A DNA stretch of 63,864 nt, counting the filler, from Rozella allomycis CSF55 (Eukaryota), in NCBI GenBank assembly GCA_000442015.1. It is 12 parts of 11 records of this genome, joined end to end, with 100 filler letters (N's around TTAATTAATTAA, not from the genome) between each part and the next. Parts side by side here need not be neighbours in the genome. Positions count along the whole stretch, not along the records: positions 1 to 15,783 come from KE561153.1; positions 15,884 to 18,728 come from KE561157.1; positions 18,829 to 21,133 come from KE561159.1; positions 21,234 to 23,762 come from KE561163.1; positions 23,863 to 31,161 come from KE561164.1; 7 more parts are not named here. One strand, 5' to 3'. This document shows positions 10,345 through 24,799 of this stretch, one piece after another; the first letter of the stretch is position 1; each line of letters starts with the position of its first letter. Under the pieces are notes generated by a model. The model was not told the DNA's origin and did no database searches. It saw only the letters and a program-made list of their open reading frames with translations. The position numbers were made by a program, and so were the translations under genes.

Positions 10345-12949
10345 ATGGTGACTACAAGAAGTCAAAAAGGCCAAAAAAGAAAGGTGCCTATCGTTTCAGA
10401 TTCAGATTTTGAAGAAAGGTCATACAAGAATGATCATAAGTCTGAAAGTGAAAGTGAATTCCATGCCGAAAGCGAAACAGAACTCGAACTAGAAGTAGAA
10501 GTTGAAAAGGATGAAGAAGAATTCCGGATTACTCTTGTAGAAGCTGACGAGGAAACAGAAGTTCCAAATGATGCACAGGAAGCAAGCAATGAAATAGAAG
10601 AGAACATTCCAGTTGTTCAGCCAAAGAAAAGAAAGCCGAAGAAAAAGAAAGACAAAGATTTGGTGGAAATCCCAGATGACGGGAATCTCTATCCACATAA
10701 AGATCTTTTAATACAACATCCTGACCTTAAAGATCTTTGGATCAAGTTGTCTGAAAAAGACAAGTTGAGGTCAGTTGAAGAGGCTATGCAGCCTGAGATG
10801 CTGAATACACGTTTATTACCTTTCCAAAGAGAAGGACTTTCGTGGCTTTTGAAGCAAGAAGATTCAGAAGTAACTTAGTTTTTACTTCATTTTCTAGTTT
10901 AATTGTGGAATTCTGGCTGATGAAATGGGGATGGGCAAAACGCTGCAAACTATAGCTCTAATTGTGAGTGACTTGAAAAAGAGGCCAACATTAATAATTT
11001 GCCCTACAGTAAATATCATGATTCTTCACAACAGGTTGCTCTTTTACAATGGAAGGCTGAATTCATTAAACACGCAAAACCAGATATTGTGAAGATTTGT
11101 ATATTTTACGGTCAAGATAGGCCAACTAGTGCTGACGATCTATTAGAATATGACGTTATTTTGACCACCTACGCTGTTGTGGAAAGTTCGTATAGAAAAC
11201 AAAAATATGGATTTACAAGAAAGAAACAGAAAGTGTTTGCCGATTCTCCTTTGCACAAAATGAACTTTTATCGCGTTGTTCTGGATGAAGGTAATTAATT
11301 TTATTGTTTGAGAAAGCTCATGCAATAAAAGATAGAACTTCATCCACTGCCTATGCGGTGTTTGCCTTAACTTGCGATAAAAAGATTTGTCTTTCAGGAA
11401 CTCCGCTTCAAAACAGAATTGGCGATTTCTATTCTTTGATGAGATTTTTCAAAATTTTTCCATTCTCTTACTACTTTTGTAAGAAATGCCCTTGTACTTG
11501 TGCGAATTGGAATTTCAGTAACCACAAGACATGTGACCATTGTGGCCATAATGTTATGAGGTAATCCACTTTAATCACATTAAAAGTCATTTTTGCTGGT
11601 GGAACAAGGAAATTTTAAAGCCAATTCAAAAGTTTGGTAACGCTGGCGAAGGCGGGGTGGCTTATGAAAAACTTCGATTGTTGTTGAGGCAAATTATGCT
11701 TCGAAGGACGAAATTGGAAAGAGAAGCAGATTTGAATCTACCTCCCAAAATGATACTTACGAGAAAAGACTTGTTTAATGAAGAAGAGGAAGATTTCTAT
11801 GAATCGTTGTTTTCTGATACAAGAACAAAATTCATGGCGTATGTTCAACAAGGCACTGTTTTAAACAACTATGCCCACATTTTTGAATTGTTGACGAAAA
11901 TGAGACAGGCTATTAATCATCCTTACCTCGTGTTGCACCACCAGAAAATGATCCAAGGAACGCCCTTGTCTCTTGTATGTTCACTTTGTCAAGAGCCAGC
12001 AGAAGATGCGATAAGCTCAAAATGCAAGCATATATTTTGTAGACAATGTGTATCTCAATACATATCAACTGTTTCAATTCATCCAGCACAACAAATAAGC
12101 GACACACATGCCGGTGTTAAGTGTCCTCAATGTTATAAGACGCTTACAATTGATTTGGATCAAACTGCTGTTGATCCTGATGAGTTTTTCAAATCAAATA
12201 CACAAAAGAAAGAGGAGATTAAAAATGATCACAATGAGCAAGACCAAAATGAAAACCTCAATGACAACCAAAATGATTTGGCGTCAAATGATAACAACTG
12301 GGCACTTAGAGCTCCTAGCAATAAATCTGGTGCATCAATAATTCATCGCATCGATTTAAGCAATTGGAGATCTTCCACTAAAATAGAGGCATTGATTGAA
12401 GAACTGACAAAGTTGAGGCGCAAAGATTGTACTATAAAGAGTATCGTTTTTAGTCAATACGTTCACTTTTTGGACCTTATTCACTGGAGATTGCACAGAG
12501 CGGGATTCCAATGCGTAAAGTTGGATGGTAGAATGTCGCCGTCACAGAGAGATGCCGTCATTAACGGGTTTATGGTAAGACTTTTTCAATACCAATACTA
12601 AGACACATCCCGATATTACTGTTTTTCTAGTAAGTCTTAAAGCTGGCGGTGTTGCTCTTAATTTAACTGCCGCTAGTCATGTATTCATGATGGACCAATG
12701 GTGGAATCCAGCAACACATCAGCAAGCCATGGACAGAATACATCGACTTGGTCAACACAGAACTGTTCATGTCACCAATATGTAATCATTCGCTTTATTT
12801 TATAACAGAATTATTGAAAATTCTCTAGAGTCGCGTATTCTACAGCTTCAAGAGAAGAAGCAAGCTCTTTTTGAATCGACAGTCGGTCAAGACGCTTCTG
12901 CTCTCGATAGACTTACAGAAGAAGATTTACAATTTTTATTCGTTTTATA
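10345..12949 (+). CDS. RAD16: SNF2-family RING helicase Rad16
   Basis: [49 protein letters not shown]...CKHIFC...[26 protein letters not shown]; 26-28 nt introns; start ATG inferred. Confidence 0.93.
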
Positions 12950-12977
12950 ACATTAAATAATAAAGTGCTATTTATTT

Positions 12978-14066
12978 TTATGCAACTAGAGTTAGCAAAC
13001 CTTGTTTGGCAAATTGAAGAGCGCGTAAATGATCATTAAACAATTTATCAATCTTCTTTAGCTCATCATTCAATTCTCCCATATTTTGCTTTCTCATTTT
13101 TAAAATGTTTTCCTTTTGTTTCATCAAAGCATCTTTTCTTCCAGTCAATCTTCCAAACAGATTATACAATGGTTTATTAAGTTGGCCTTCAATTTCCTCA
13201 ATACNCGGTTTATTAAGTTGGCGATCAATTTCCTCAATACGGTCATCATAGTAACTTTTGTATGACTTTATTTTCTGTTTAACATTCAGCACATCCTTTT
13301 CGTACTTTTTTCTTAGTCTCATCTGAGATACTTCAAGCGATTCAATCTCTTGAACAACACTCTTCCTATCACTGGGTAAACTTATTGATTGCCCCAATTC
13401 AACTCCCCTTAAATCATTGTTTATTTCATGGCGACATTTATCAGGTGTAGAGATTAAAACTTTATGATTTCCGCCAGTATATATTTGGAACCTTGAATTT
13501 ATCTCATCCCTTTTGTTCTCAATCCCTTGAGCGGCCTCATTGTCAAATGCAAGAACCTTGATTTTTCGGATATTCTCTTCTCCATACAACAATTTCAATG
13601 CGTTTATATGCTTTTCAATTCCCTTCAATTTTTCAGGCGATAGAATGAAATAGATATATTTTAGTTCTTTGTGACTCTTGACCAAGTCTGCAATCTTTTC
13701 AAGATTCTTCCACAAATCTTTTTGTCTTGGCTCACTGTCTGCTCCGAAGTTGGGTGCATGGATAACATTAATGACATGTGTATCGGTCGTCATATTAGAA
13801 TAATCAAGCGTTAAATGTGATTCAAATACACACTTTTCACATGGTGGGTCTTGAAATTTGCATGATTTTGATATAAAGTTCATTTCTTCATCATTAAAAT
13901 TGGAATGAAAAATAATGGTCGCGTTGGAATAAATTGGTCGAAATGTTCGAGCATCAACACTAATCGATTTCATTCGACTATTGTCATTAAAGTTTTGACC
14001 ATAGTTAAAAATAGTACCAGGAATCCAAGCAAATAGTTCAAACAGCGAATAGAAAAGTTTAAGCAT
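12978..14066 (-). CDS. Hypothetical protein; degenerate AIG1/GTPase-like domain + coiled coil
   Basis: VIHAPNFGAD (cf. VIDTPGF), IYFILS, LLYGEENIRKIKVL; no intact P-loop; coiled-coil C-terminus. Confidence 0.45.
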   Translation of the reverse strand: MLKLFYSLFELFAWIPGTIFNYGQNFNDNSRMKSISVDARTFRPIYSNATIIFHSNFNDEEMNFISKSCKFQDPPCEKCVFESHLTLDYSNMTTDTHVINVIHAPNFGADSEPRQKDLWKNLEKIADLVKSHKELKYIYFILSPEKLKGIEKHINALKLLYGEENIRKIKVLAFDNEAAQGIENKRDEINSRFQIYTGGNHKVLISTPDKCRHEINNDLRGVELGQSISLPSDRKSVVQEIESLEVSQMRLRKKYEKDVLNVKQKIKSYKSYYDDRIEEIDRQLNKPXIEEIEGQLNKPLYNLFGRLTGRKDALMKQKENILKMRKQNMGELNDELKKIDKLFNDHLRALQFAKQGLLTLVA

Positions 14067-14201
14067 GGGTAATGAGCATGTGCATCAGATAGAATATGAC
14101 AATATTTGAATTTAGAAATGTGGCGCTGGAGAGCAATGGCAGCATTCCGAAAACAGAAATAGATTAGCATAATAACCGTCAAGTACATTTTAAGATTCAA
14201 T

Positions 14202-15748
<1,547 letters not shown>

Positions 15749-15783
15749 TTGTGGCTTGTTTAGATATTGTGAAAACAAAAATT

Positions 15784-15883
15784 NNNNNNNNNNNNNNNNN
15801 NNNNNNNNNNNNNNNNNNNNNNNNNNNTTAATTAATTAANNNNNNNNNNNNNNNNNNNNNNNNNNNNNNNNNNNNNNNNNNNN
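15784..15883. other. Artificial scaffold spacer N-TTAATTAATTAA-N (11 such spacers in the window)
   Basis: Identical 12-mer with stops in all six frames, embedded in N runs. Confidence 0.97.
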
Positions 15884-16562
15884 TTTAGATGCTAAGGTTC
15901 AAGAAATACTTCAAGAAAAAGAATATCTTAAAGGTCAGCATTTGGCGGCATCAGATGGACAGACCCTTAGTGTTGGATTACAGCGAAGAAGGAGCACTAA
16001 AGTAGATTCTAGCATTAGTGAAAAACCAGAAGTTGTTTTAACAAAATCAACGCATTCCAGTTTGAATGATGATTTCAATAAATTGAAAAGGCAAATGGTC
16101 GACTTTTTTGTTAGCCTTCAGCAAAAGCCTGGCTTGATATCTCATTTAAACCAAATAGATTTCATAAAAATGCTGGAAGAAAAATTTGTTAGCGAAGAAT
16201 TCCGAGATGAGAAATTCTTGGCGCATGTCCTCGCGGAAATTGATGCTATACAAATAAGTAGCGACAGCCAACAAATGAAAAACGAATTGGGGTATTCTAC
16301 GAGCAAAGAAAACATCCAGAAAATGTCGATTCCAGCTTCATTCGGAAAACCTCCGTATAAGGTGATTTCCAAAAGTCTCAAGGAAGCATTACTACCTCAA
16401 GTCTCAAATCAATCATTTCTTTCCGTTGGAACGCAAACTTCTAAAAAAGTAACAAGTATTAAAGCGTAAAATTAGCTTGATGTCGACATTGCACTCTTAC
16501 AGGCCACGTTCAATACAAAATTCAGATCATTGGAGAGATCTGGAGATCAAATAAAATACTAA
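15884..16562 (+). CDS. Hypothetical protein, 5-prime truncated by gap
   Basis: Long open frame after spacer; probable short 3-prime intron near 16430-16475. Confidence 0.5.
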
Positions 16563-16590
16563 TAGTTTTATTTACAATCTAATTAAATGT

Positions 16591-17009
16591 CTAAACCATG
16601 AAACTCTGGCCACATCCGCATGATCCTTTAACATTTGGATTATTGAAAACAAACTGGGAGCTCAGCTTATCTTCCACAAAATCAATCTCAGAACCTACAA
16701 CTGAAAAAATCGCCTTTGAATCAATTAAAACTTTAACGCCTGGTTGTATGCCACTGTTCTGTTTACCGTCTTGCTCAACAAGCTCGTCAAACTTTCCTTT
16801 ATCTTTGGTATAATCTAATGTATACGTAAGGCCGCTGCAACCCCTGTTTTTGACATTGATTCGCACGAGTTCATTGGGTTTTTGCAATTCGATTAATCTT
16901 TTCACTGCATTTGGTGTCTATTTTCCAAATGATAAAACATTACAAGTGTTAATAATTTTTTAGATGGTTTGATCGACTTTGTTGCTGCTTTCACTGTTGC
17001 ATAAATCAT
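16591..17009 (-). CDS. ISA1: Fe-S cluster assembly A-type carrier Isa1/IscA
   Basis: RGCSGLTY, IDSKAIFSVVGSEIDF, FNNPNVKGSCGCGQSF; two 26-27 nt introns. Confidence 0.95.
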
Positions 17010-17722
17010 AGTGGGCACAGCCACGGAAATTAACTTTCAATATATTTAGGGACATATGCTATTCTGATGCTTGAATATTGGGCCCGTTTTTTTATATTTT
17101 AAATATTTATATGGGTAAAGCATTCGTCAAATCACCNTACTGTTGCATAAATCATAGTGGGTACAGCCACGGAAATTAACTTTCAATATATTTAGAGACA
17201 TATGCTATTCTGATGCTTGAATATTGGGGCTACAATTTTTTTATATTTTAAATATTTATATGGGTAAAGCATTCGTCAAATCACCTCCTGGAAGTTTCAA
17301 CATATTCGTGCCGCCTGTTTAGTTTCATTAACTAAATACAAAGTTATAGTTATGACTCAAAATGCGAAAATATATTAAAGGGGAAATAGTTTATCAAGTT
17401 ATGTGACAGTTTATTATTGATCTTCCTGAAGAGACTCTGTTAAGTATTCATAGTGACCATTGATTTTCACACCGGTAATTTCTGTCTTTCCTAATATCAA
17501 TAATATTCTATTTATCATTGTTCGACCCAAGTACATGTCAAGCGTGTCGATAANGTTTCAACATATTCTTGCCAGTAAATTTAAAAGAGGAATGAAATGC
17601 CATTCAAATTATCATATGAAAAACTTTGAAATAATTTTCCTTTAAATTTTTAGAACAAAGTTATTATGTTATAGTTATGACTCAAAATGCGAAAATAGTT
17701 TATCAAGTTATGTGACAGTTTA

Positions 17723-18728
17723 TTATTGATCTTCCTGAAGAGACTCTGTTAAGTATTCATAATGACCATTGATTTTCAAACCAGTAATCTCTGTCTTTCC
17801 TAGTATCAATACTATTCTATTTATCATTGTTCGACCCAAGTACATGTCAAGGGTGTCGATAAAACTCACTGGAAGAATAGTGGTTTCGGAACTAAAAATA
17901 TTGAGTGATTCAAGGGTCTTCGAAGCGGATCTTAAAAATGTTAGAATATGCTCTTTTGAAATCCAGTGAACTGTCAGATGTAAATATTTGACTTTCCGAG
18001 TCTTGTTAGCCAAGAAACTGAAATTTATAATTAAAGCGCTGCGTAACTCAAGCTCCAATTTAGTGATTTTCGATTCGTCCATTTTTGAAAAGAGAATAGT
18101 CATCAAATTATGCTCCTTGGCTAAAGGATAATCACGGGAAGGCATCTTTAGCTTTAAATGTTGAAGATTTGAATATGAGTCGGCTAGCATTAGCATATTT
18201 TTGATGTTATTCGAATAGCCCGGAAAAAAGAAGCCATCCAATGTTAAACTTTTAAGATTAGAACTTTTGAGCTTCATAAAAAATGGAGCAATAAAATCTG
18301 CATCTATGTCGACGAGAGAAATAAGATTCAAACATTTGATATTGTCTAAACGCCCTGCGATAATGTCAAGACTCATTACGGATTCCTCTAAATAGTCTCT
18401 TCCAAGAAGCATCTTTACATTCACTATATTCCCGTTACTGAAGAAGGTCGATATTTTGTCTGCTGAACTCGTAGCAATAGAGAGCATTGCGTGTGCGTCT
18501 GCCAGTATTAATTCGCCCTTGATTCCAAATTCTCTAAACACCTCTGATTTTTCAAACTCGAAACCATCTTGATAGGCAACAACAACTTTAAGCTGGTCGA
18601 ACAATGGTTTAATGATTCTTGGGTTGAACTTTCGCAAGCACTCTATGCTAGTTGACGATGAGTAGAAGATAAAATGATATGGATCATCTTCATTTAGACT
18701 TGCCGCACCACAACTTGAGAGCAAAGTA
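17723..18728 (-). CDS. Lineage-specific LRR/RNI-like protein (5-prime truncated); 3-prime end duplicated at about 17414-17552
   Basis: LxxLxL repeats (NLKSLTLDG, NLQHLKLK, TLESLNIF). Confidence 0.65.
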
Positions 18729-18827
18729 NNNNNNNNNNNNNNNNNNNNNNNNNNNNNNNNNNNNNNNNNNNNTTAATTAATTAANNNNNNNNNNNNNNNN
18801 NNNNNNNNNNNNNNNNNNNNNNNNNNN

Positions 18828-20283
18828 NGTAGTAAATTGACTCTACTATTGTCCTGCTCACCAAGCACAATTCTTTCCAGTTCAAGAGACTCACATTTCT
18901 ATCACATCACGTTTTTAGCGTCCGAAACATCAATCAAATGTCTGGAGAAGGTTTCTGATGATGCTTGGGTTATGTTTACCATTCTTAAGATTAATATAGA
19001 CTTTCGCAATATCAGGGAATACCAAAAATTTCTATCAACAAAATTTGTAAACAAAATATTAGGTACGCTTAATATATCGAGTGGTGACGACCAACTAAAG
19101 GAACTGGAGGGTATGAAATCCTTAACAGGAATTCAGGCATTGAGCATTGATGACTTAAATAATGAATATGTTGATGACTTGGCAAGGCTAGTAAATTCAT
19201 CGGAAAAAATTGAAGAAATTGACTTGTCAAATTGTAACCTACTTGAAATTTCCAAAGAGAAGGTGATAAATCTTTTCAAAAGCTTCAATCGCATACGCAC
19301 GCTTTCATTTTCTGGCGCGCATATAGATCACTACCATTTGAGATACTTGGCTGAATATGTGCTTGTTCATGGCAGGTTAAAGTACTTAAACTTATCGAGA
19401 ACATTCCACCTTGGATTAGGACAAAGTTCGATTAAGTCTTATAAAATTTTTGCAAGAAGCATCAAAAATTTACGGACTTTAAAGTTTGGCTTTAATGATA
19501 TCTCAGGAGAATTCATAAACGATCTGGTTTCTGTATTGAAGGATAGCTCAATGAAACATCTTAGTTTGGAATGGATTACATATAACTCTGACAGAAATGG
19601 AAGCATTTCGAAATTGGCTGGCTGTCTTAAGAACATGGATACCCTTAATCTCTCAGGTCATGGCGCTCTTCGAGAAGAATGGCTAACTCTATTCCAAAAT
19701 ATACCATCATCAAAAGTGAAAAGACTTTCTGTGTCTTACATATTGATNCAGAAATAACAGCGCCTTTGATGAAGAACTAGCAAATGTCATATCCCGTAGC
19801 TACAAATATCTCCATTGCCTAGATATTTCGATGGTAAGATTTCAACCAGCGTTATTTCATTCCCTTGTTGCAAGAGTAAAAGAATCTCAATTGAAAGAAC
19901 TTAATTTGTCCGGGTTAATGGAGAGCTCAGAGGCATCAAATGCTGTCGACTGGCGATATGTCGCTAAACAACTAATTGGAGTGAAATCTGTTAAATTATC
20001 TTTCAATTACATTTCAAGATATTCTATATATGAAATATTTGATTCTCTCGATAATTCAAAGATTGAAACGCTCGATCTTTCAAGTCAAATGTTAACTGGT
20101 CCTAGCACCAAGAGATCAATTAAGTTGTTATATCGATCTGATATGAAATATTTAGCTCAGGCTATGATTAAATCAAATATCAAAAACATCGATCTTCGGT
20201 TTTCCGGATATCTTGTTGAAGAGATCGCTTGCCTTGCCAATATGGTCTCAGGAAAAATTAATTTAGTGCATGAGTATAATTAA
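18828..20283 (+). CDS. RNI-like leucine-rich repeat protein (5-prime truncated, N-junction at 19748)
   Basis: IEEIDLSNCNL, LKYLNLSRT, LRTLKFGFNDI, LKELNLSG, IETLDLSSQ. Confidence 0.75.
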
Positions 20284-20360
20284 TTTCAAATAAATAACGT
20301 TATTATATCCGTTGGTAAAACATTCTTATATGTATTCGTCTCCATGGTTGCTATTTGCTA

Positions 20361-21133
20361 ATGACAACATTTCATTTTTCACTGCTTCCAGATGAGATTA
20401 TTTTGCGAATAATATATTTCAGTCAAGACCACACAAGACACAAACTTAATAGTTTGGGATGTATTCGAATTAGTAAATTGTGTCAAGATCATAGTTTGAT
20501 TGATACATGGGTGTTTAATGATCCAATAGGCAAATCATTTCCAACAAAGGTAAAAATATGTGGTATTGAAAAACTCCAAAAAAATATTTTATGTGACTTG
20601 TCAATGGTGTTGCACTTTCCAAAAATTGCAATCTTAGATATATCCAACTGCCGGCAAGTTGACAATGAGGTTATACGATATATCGCTACTACAATGAAAA
20701 ATTTAAGATATTTGAAAGTTGACATGTTCTTTACTAACAAATCGAGTTCTAAATTGGATGATAATGCTTTAGAGAGTCTAAAAAGCCTGATAAAGTTGAA
20801 GAAACTTAGTATTTCACATTCAGGACGTATTTTCTCTGTTTTGAAACTGGAAAATTTTGTTAATTATTCTCATTCCATTATTGAAGTTATAGGTTATCAC
20901 AGTCAAGCGGTATCAGGTTTAAGGAAAATTTCAAAACATATCAGCGAAAATCAGTATAAAACGACTACAAATAAAATAATCACATTAAAATGTTACTTTT
21001 ATTGTCGATTTTCAGCCCATAATGTTTTAACGCACCAGTGTCCGTGTAAGTATTTCTGGGGAACTTTTGTAGTTACACCAGGTTTGTGTAATAAGGATTC
21101 ATATCTTATTGGGTCATATTCAACGCATTCAAT
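20361..21133 (+). CDS. F-box/LRR protein (3-prime truncated)
   Basis: FSLLPDEIILRIIYF F-box; ILDISNCRQVDNEVI and LKKLSIS repeats. Confidence 0.75.
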
Positions 21134-21641
21134 NNNNNNNNNNNNNNNNNNNNNNNNNNNNNNNNNNNNNNNNNNNNTTAATTAATTAANNNNNNNNNNN
21201 NNNNNNNNNNNNNNNNNNNNNNNNNNNNNNNNNTTCAATGTATAAATGTTCAATTTTCTTTTTATTAATTAATTATTATCAGTATAATATTTGGTTTGTT
21301 ATTGAATGAATAATATCTCCCCTTGTAAAGCCTACGTACACCAAATTGGTTTCCAAATTCCATATGATGCACATTGGATTCTGTATGCGAGTATTTTATT
21401 CCATTTGATAAATTTTCCAATGTTTTACGCAATCACACCAACGATGGTTGTTGTGTGTCAAAAAAATTATCTAAATTTTCCCCGCCCGATTAAGCGAGCA
21501 GTGCGAGACTTGTCCTGAATTCTACTGGTAATTTTGAAATATTCACTCACGACAGCTTGTCACTTTATAATAAAATCAAAACTTTCTTATCTGATTACCT
21601 ATAATTAGCTCGTTTGACCCCTGTAGCTAGAATTATTTATC

Positions 21642-23762
21642 ATGTCAACGGCAACACCAACCAAACTTGACGAAGAGCTGGATAGATTGAACGAGACTAT
21701 CACGACCATTGAAAAAAGCCCCAAATATCGAGACCTGTTTCGGCGTTTCTTAGATGGCGACGTCAGTGTGGAACAAGACCCTATTTGGAAGCAGTTTCAG
21801 AAGTTTAATGACCTAAAGNTAATGAAGTCCCTTATTGATCTAACGAAGGCCCGTAATGACCAAAACAGGTCCCTTATTGGCCAGCAAAACTTGAAACTGC
21901 AACTTCAACTTCAGCAAGCAGGTAAAAACAGTTATAGTATATAACCCTCAGTGCCAATGGAAGTAGAGAGGTCTAAACTTGAATTATTCTTGACTGAATT
22001 CAGTGAAGAAATTAAAGAAGATTGTTCAGTTGTTGTGGTCGATCGTGATGGTTGCTTGAGAGGGATAGCGAATGAGATCTTTGGTGGAGGCAAGTCACAG
22101 ATGATGGATTATATTGCCGCATTAAAGGGTTTAATCATGGACCACGTGGACGTTGCGGCAGTGTACAAGGATGTGTACCCGATCAAAGATACGGAAACTG
22201 CAGATGCATCAATTGCGGTTCGAATTCTTTACAGCTATTTTATTGATAAGAGAAGGACGACATTTGATGGCTTCACGCGTAGACTGGACAAGATCCGATT
22301 TAATGTGACTATTAGTGATTGTTTGTATTTGGTTTATGAACACTCGAAGAAGGAATCTCTGTTTGTATTGTTTGATGAAATTGGAAAAGTTCAAACCCTT
22401 GAGAGGATGTATGCTTGTCTCAGGGGTCTTACGGCCATTATCACTGGTATTGCTTTCTCGCGGTGTCACGTGATTATTTCATCACTAGAAATCTCCAATA
22501 TGATGATATCAGTCATAAAATCTGGTCGGCATATTCATTTTGTTCCTCTGAATCCACTACGCGTAGATAGTGCCCTTAAACTCTTTCGTGATTACACCAG
22601 ATTCGAGCACGTTAAGCATTTGATTGTTACTCTTGGTGCAATCTCCAATATGATGATATCAGTCATAAAATCTAGTCGGCATATTCATTTTGTCCCTCTG
22701 AATCCACTGAGCGTAGATAGTTCCCTTAAACTCTTTCGTGATTACACAAGATTCGAGCACATTAAGCATTTGATTGTTACTCTTCGTGGCCATCCACGGT
22801 GTCTTGAAGTATTGAAGAAACTCCTTGAAAATAACCGGGACTGTCAGCTTTGGAATTATCAAAGGCTTTGGAAGAAAATAAAATTACGTATCGCAATCTG
22901 CGATTGGAGCACGTCATGCCTGCTATTCTGCGTACTTCGGTTTACATGTCTGATGTAGTTCATGGTCGGACCCACGAGAGTTTAGTTGAATGTGGAGTCT
23001 ATTTAAATTCTTTTACCAGAGAAGAAACGCCAACCGGAAAGTTTGTTCCTGTTTTATCTCCATTTGCTTTAGCAGTTTTTGCATCCGACTTATTGGGNTG
23101 TCTTACGACCATTATCACTGGTATTGCTTTCGCGCGGTGTCACGTGACTTTTTCATCACTAGAAATCTCCAATATGATGATATCAGTCATAAAATCTGGT
23201 CGGCATATTCATTTTGTTCCTCTGAATCCACTACGCGTAGATAGTGCCCTTAAACTCTTTCGTGATTACACCAGATTCGAGCACGTTAAGCATTTGATTG
23301 TTACTCTTGGTGGCCATCCACGGTGTCTTGAAGTATTGAAGAAACTCCTTGAAAATAACCGGGACTTTCAGCTTTGGAATTATCAAAGGCTCTTTAATTC
23401 GGTATTGCAAGCTTTGGAAGAAAATAAAATTACGTATCGCAATCTGCGATTGGAGCACGTCATGCCTGCTATTCTGCGTACTTCGGTTAACATGTCTGAT
23501 GTAGTTCATGGTCGGACCCACGAGAGTTTAGTTGAATGTGGAGTCTATTTAAATTCTTTTACCAGAGAAGAAACCCCAACTGGCTTGTTTGTGCCTGTTT
23601 TATCTCCATTTGCTTTAGCAGTTTTTGCATCCGACTTATTGGTGAACGCCAAGGGATCCTTGTTATATCAAATTGGCTGTACTCTTTATCAGTTGACTGA
23701 TTACTTGACGATGGATGAAAAAGATCTTCGTGGTACTCCGTTCGAAATCGCTCATGGTCTGT
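21642..23762 (+). CDS. CR (Crinkler/RHS)-type P-loop NTPase effector-like gene; partly duplicated/frameshifted copy plus intact segment
   Basis: Helical N-terminus, 31-nt intron near 21922, GGGKS, LFVLFDEIGK (Walker B), GGHPRCLE, GTPFE before gap. Confidence 0.6.
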
Positions 23763-23871
23763 NNNNNNNNNNNNNNNNNNNNNNNNNNNNNNNNNNNNNN
23801 NNNNNNTTAATTAATTAANNNNNNNNNNNNNNNNNNNNNNNNNNNNNNNNNNNNNNNNNNNNTAGAATTTA

Positions 23872-24549
23872 TTAAAAGTGCTTGTAATCGGGATACCTCT
23901 TGTCCAATCCCCTTCCCCAAATACTTTCGTAACGAGCGCGCGGAGGATCAATATCTCTTGAAGGAGTTGGTTTTCTCAATTCATAGTACCTAATTCTTAG
24001 AATAGCTTGTAAAACCGTAGTCTCCGATCCTTCATCGCCTGGGTATGGTTCAAAGTAAATCTTCCAGCCAGGGTCCATTTTTATTGCGTCTTCAAACGGC
24101 ATAACCCATTTATACAAATGAGTCTGGTCATCACCAGCATAATGGATAAAAACGTTTCTGTAAATGAATATTCTTTGGCCAAGATGGTTGCGGACCGCAA
24201 TATTGCCATACCCCCATACAGGCTTTTCATCAGAGTTGGCAGTGTCTACTTTACCAGTACTGCGTGCTTTGAACTTTAGAGTAACGCGAATGACATTGAT
24301 ATCTGGCTTTCTTGGTTGCGTAGATTGAGGAATTTCTTGAATAATGTATGGCTTTCTTCGCTTGTCAGGATTATATGTTGCTGGTGCAGTAACGTCATGC
24401 TCCTTTGTCTTGACATCAGTTCTTGAAAATTGGCTACTATATCTCTCTGCCTCAGAGTAGTCAGGATCACTATCACTATAGAATGGATGACCGACAATAA
24501 AAGAAAGGAGAAATGCGAAAGCCAAAATGAACACTCGAAAGTTATGCAT
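23872..24549 (-). CDS. Secreted orphan protein, intronless
   Basis: Signal peptide MHNFRVFILAFAFLLSFIVG; 225 aa; AACCCT motif upstream. Confidence 0.75.
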   Translation of the reverse strand: MHNFRVFILAFAFLLSFIVGHPFYSDSDPDYSEAERYSSQFSRTDVKTKEHDVTAPATYNPDKRRKPYIIQEIPQSTQPRKPDINVIRVTLKFKARSTGKVDTANSDEKPVWGYGNIAVRNHLGQRIFIYRNVFIHYAGDDQTHLYKWVMPFEDAIKMDPGWKIYFEPYPGDEGSETTVLQAILRIRYYELRKPTPSRDIDPPRARYESIWGRGLDKRYPDYKHF

Positions 24550-24799
24550 TTATCTGGACAAGGGTTGAGATGGCATTGATCGTTATTTATAGATCTGAGA
24601 ATTTCCTAATGAGGTAATCACGCCAAGATTATCTTCCCCAATTGGGAGATTTACCAAAAAAGAAAAAAATATCAGATCTTGAAACAATGCAGGTCTTTGA
24701 AAAGAAATGGCTCTTGATTTTACAAGGTGTTGCTGATAATGCTGGGGTCAGTATTTGTGTTAAATATTGTGCTATACATTAAATAAAAGTTTATTTATA

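Noticed and set aside
16740-16766. KQNSGIQP insertion in Isa1
   Set aside because: It is an in-frame, stop-free 27-nt GT-AG intron.
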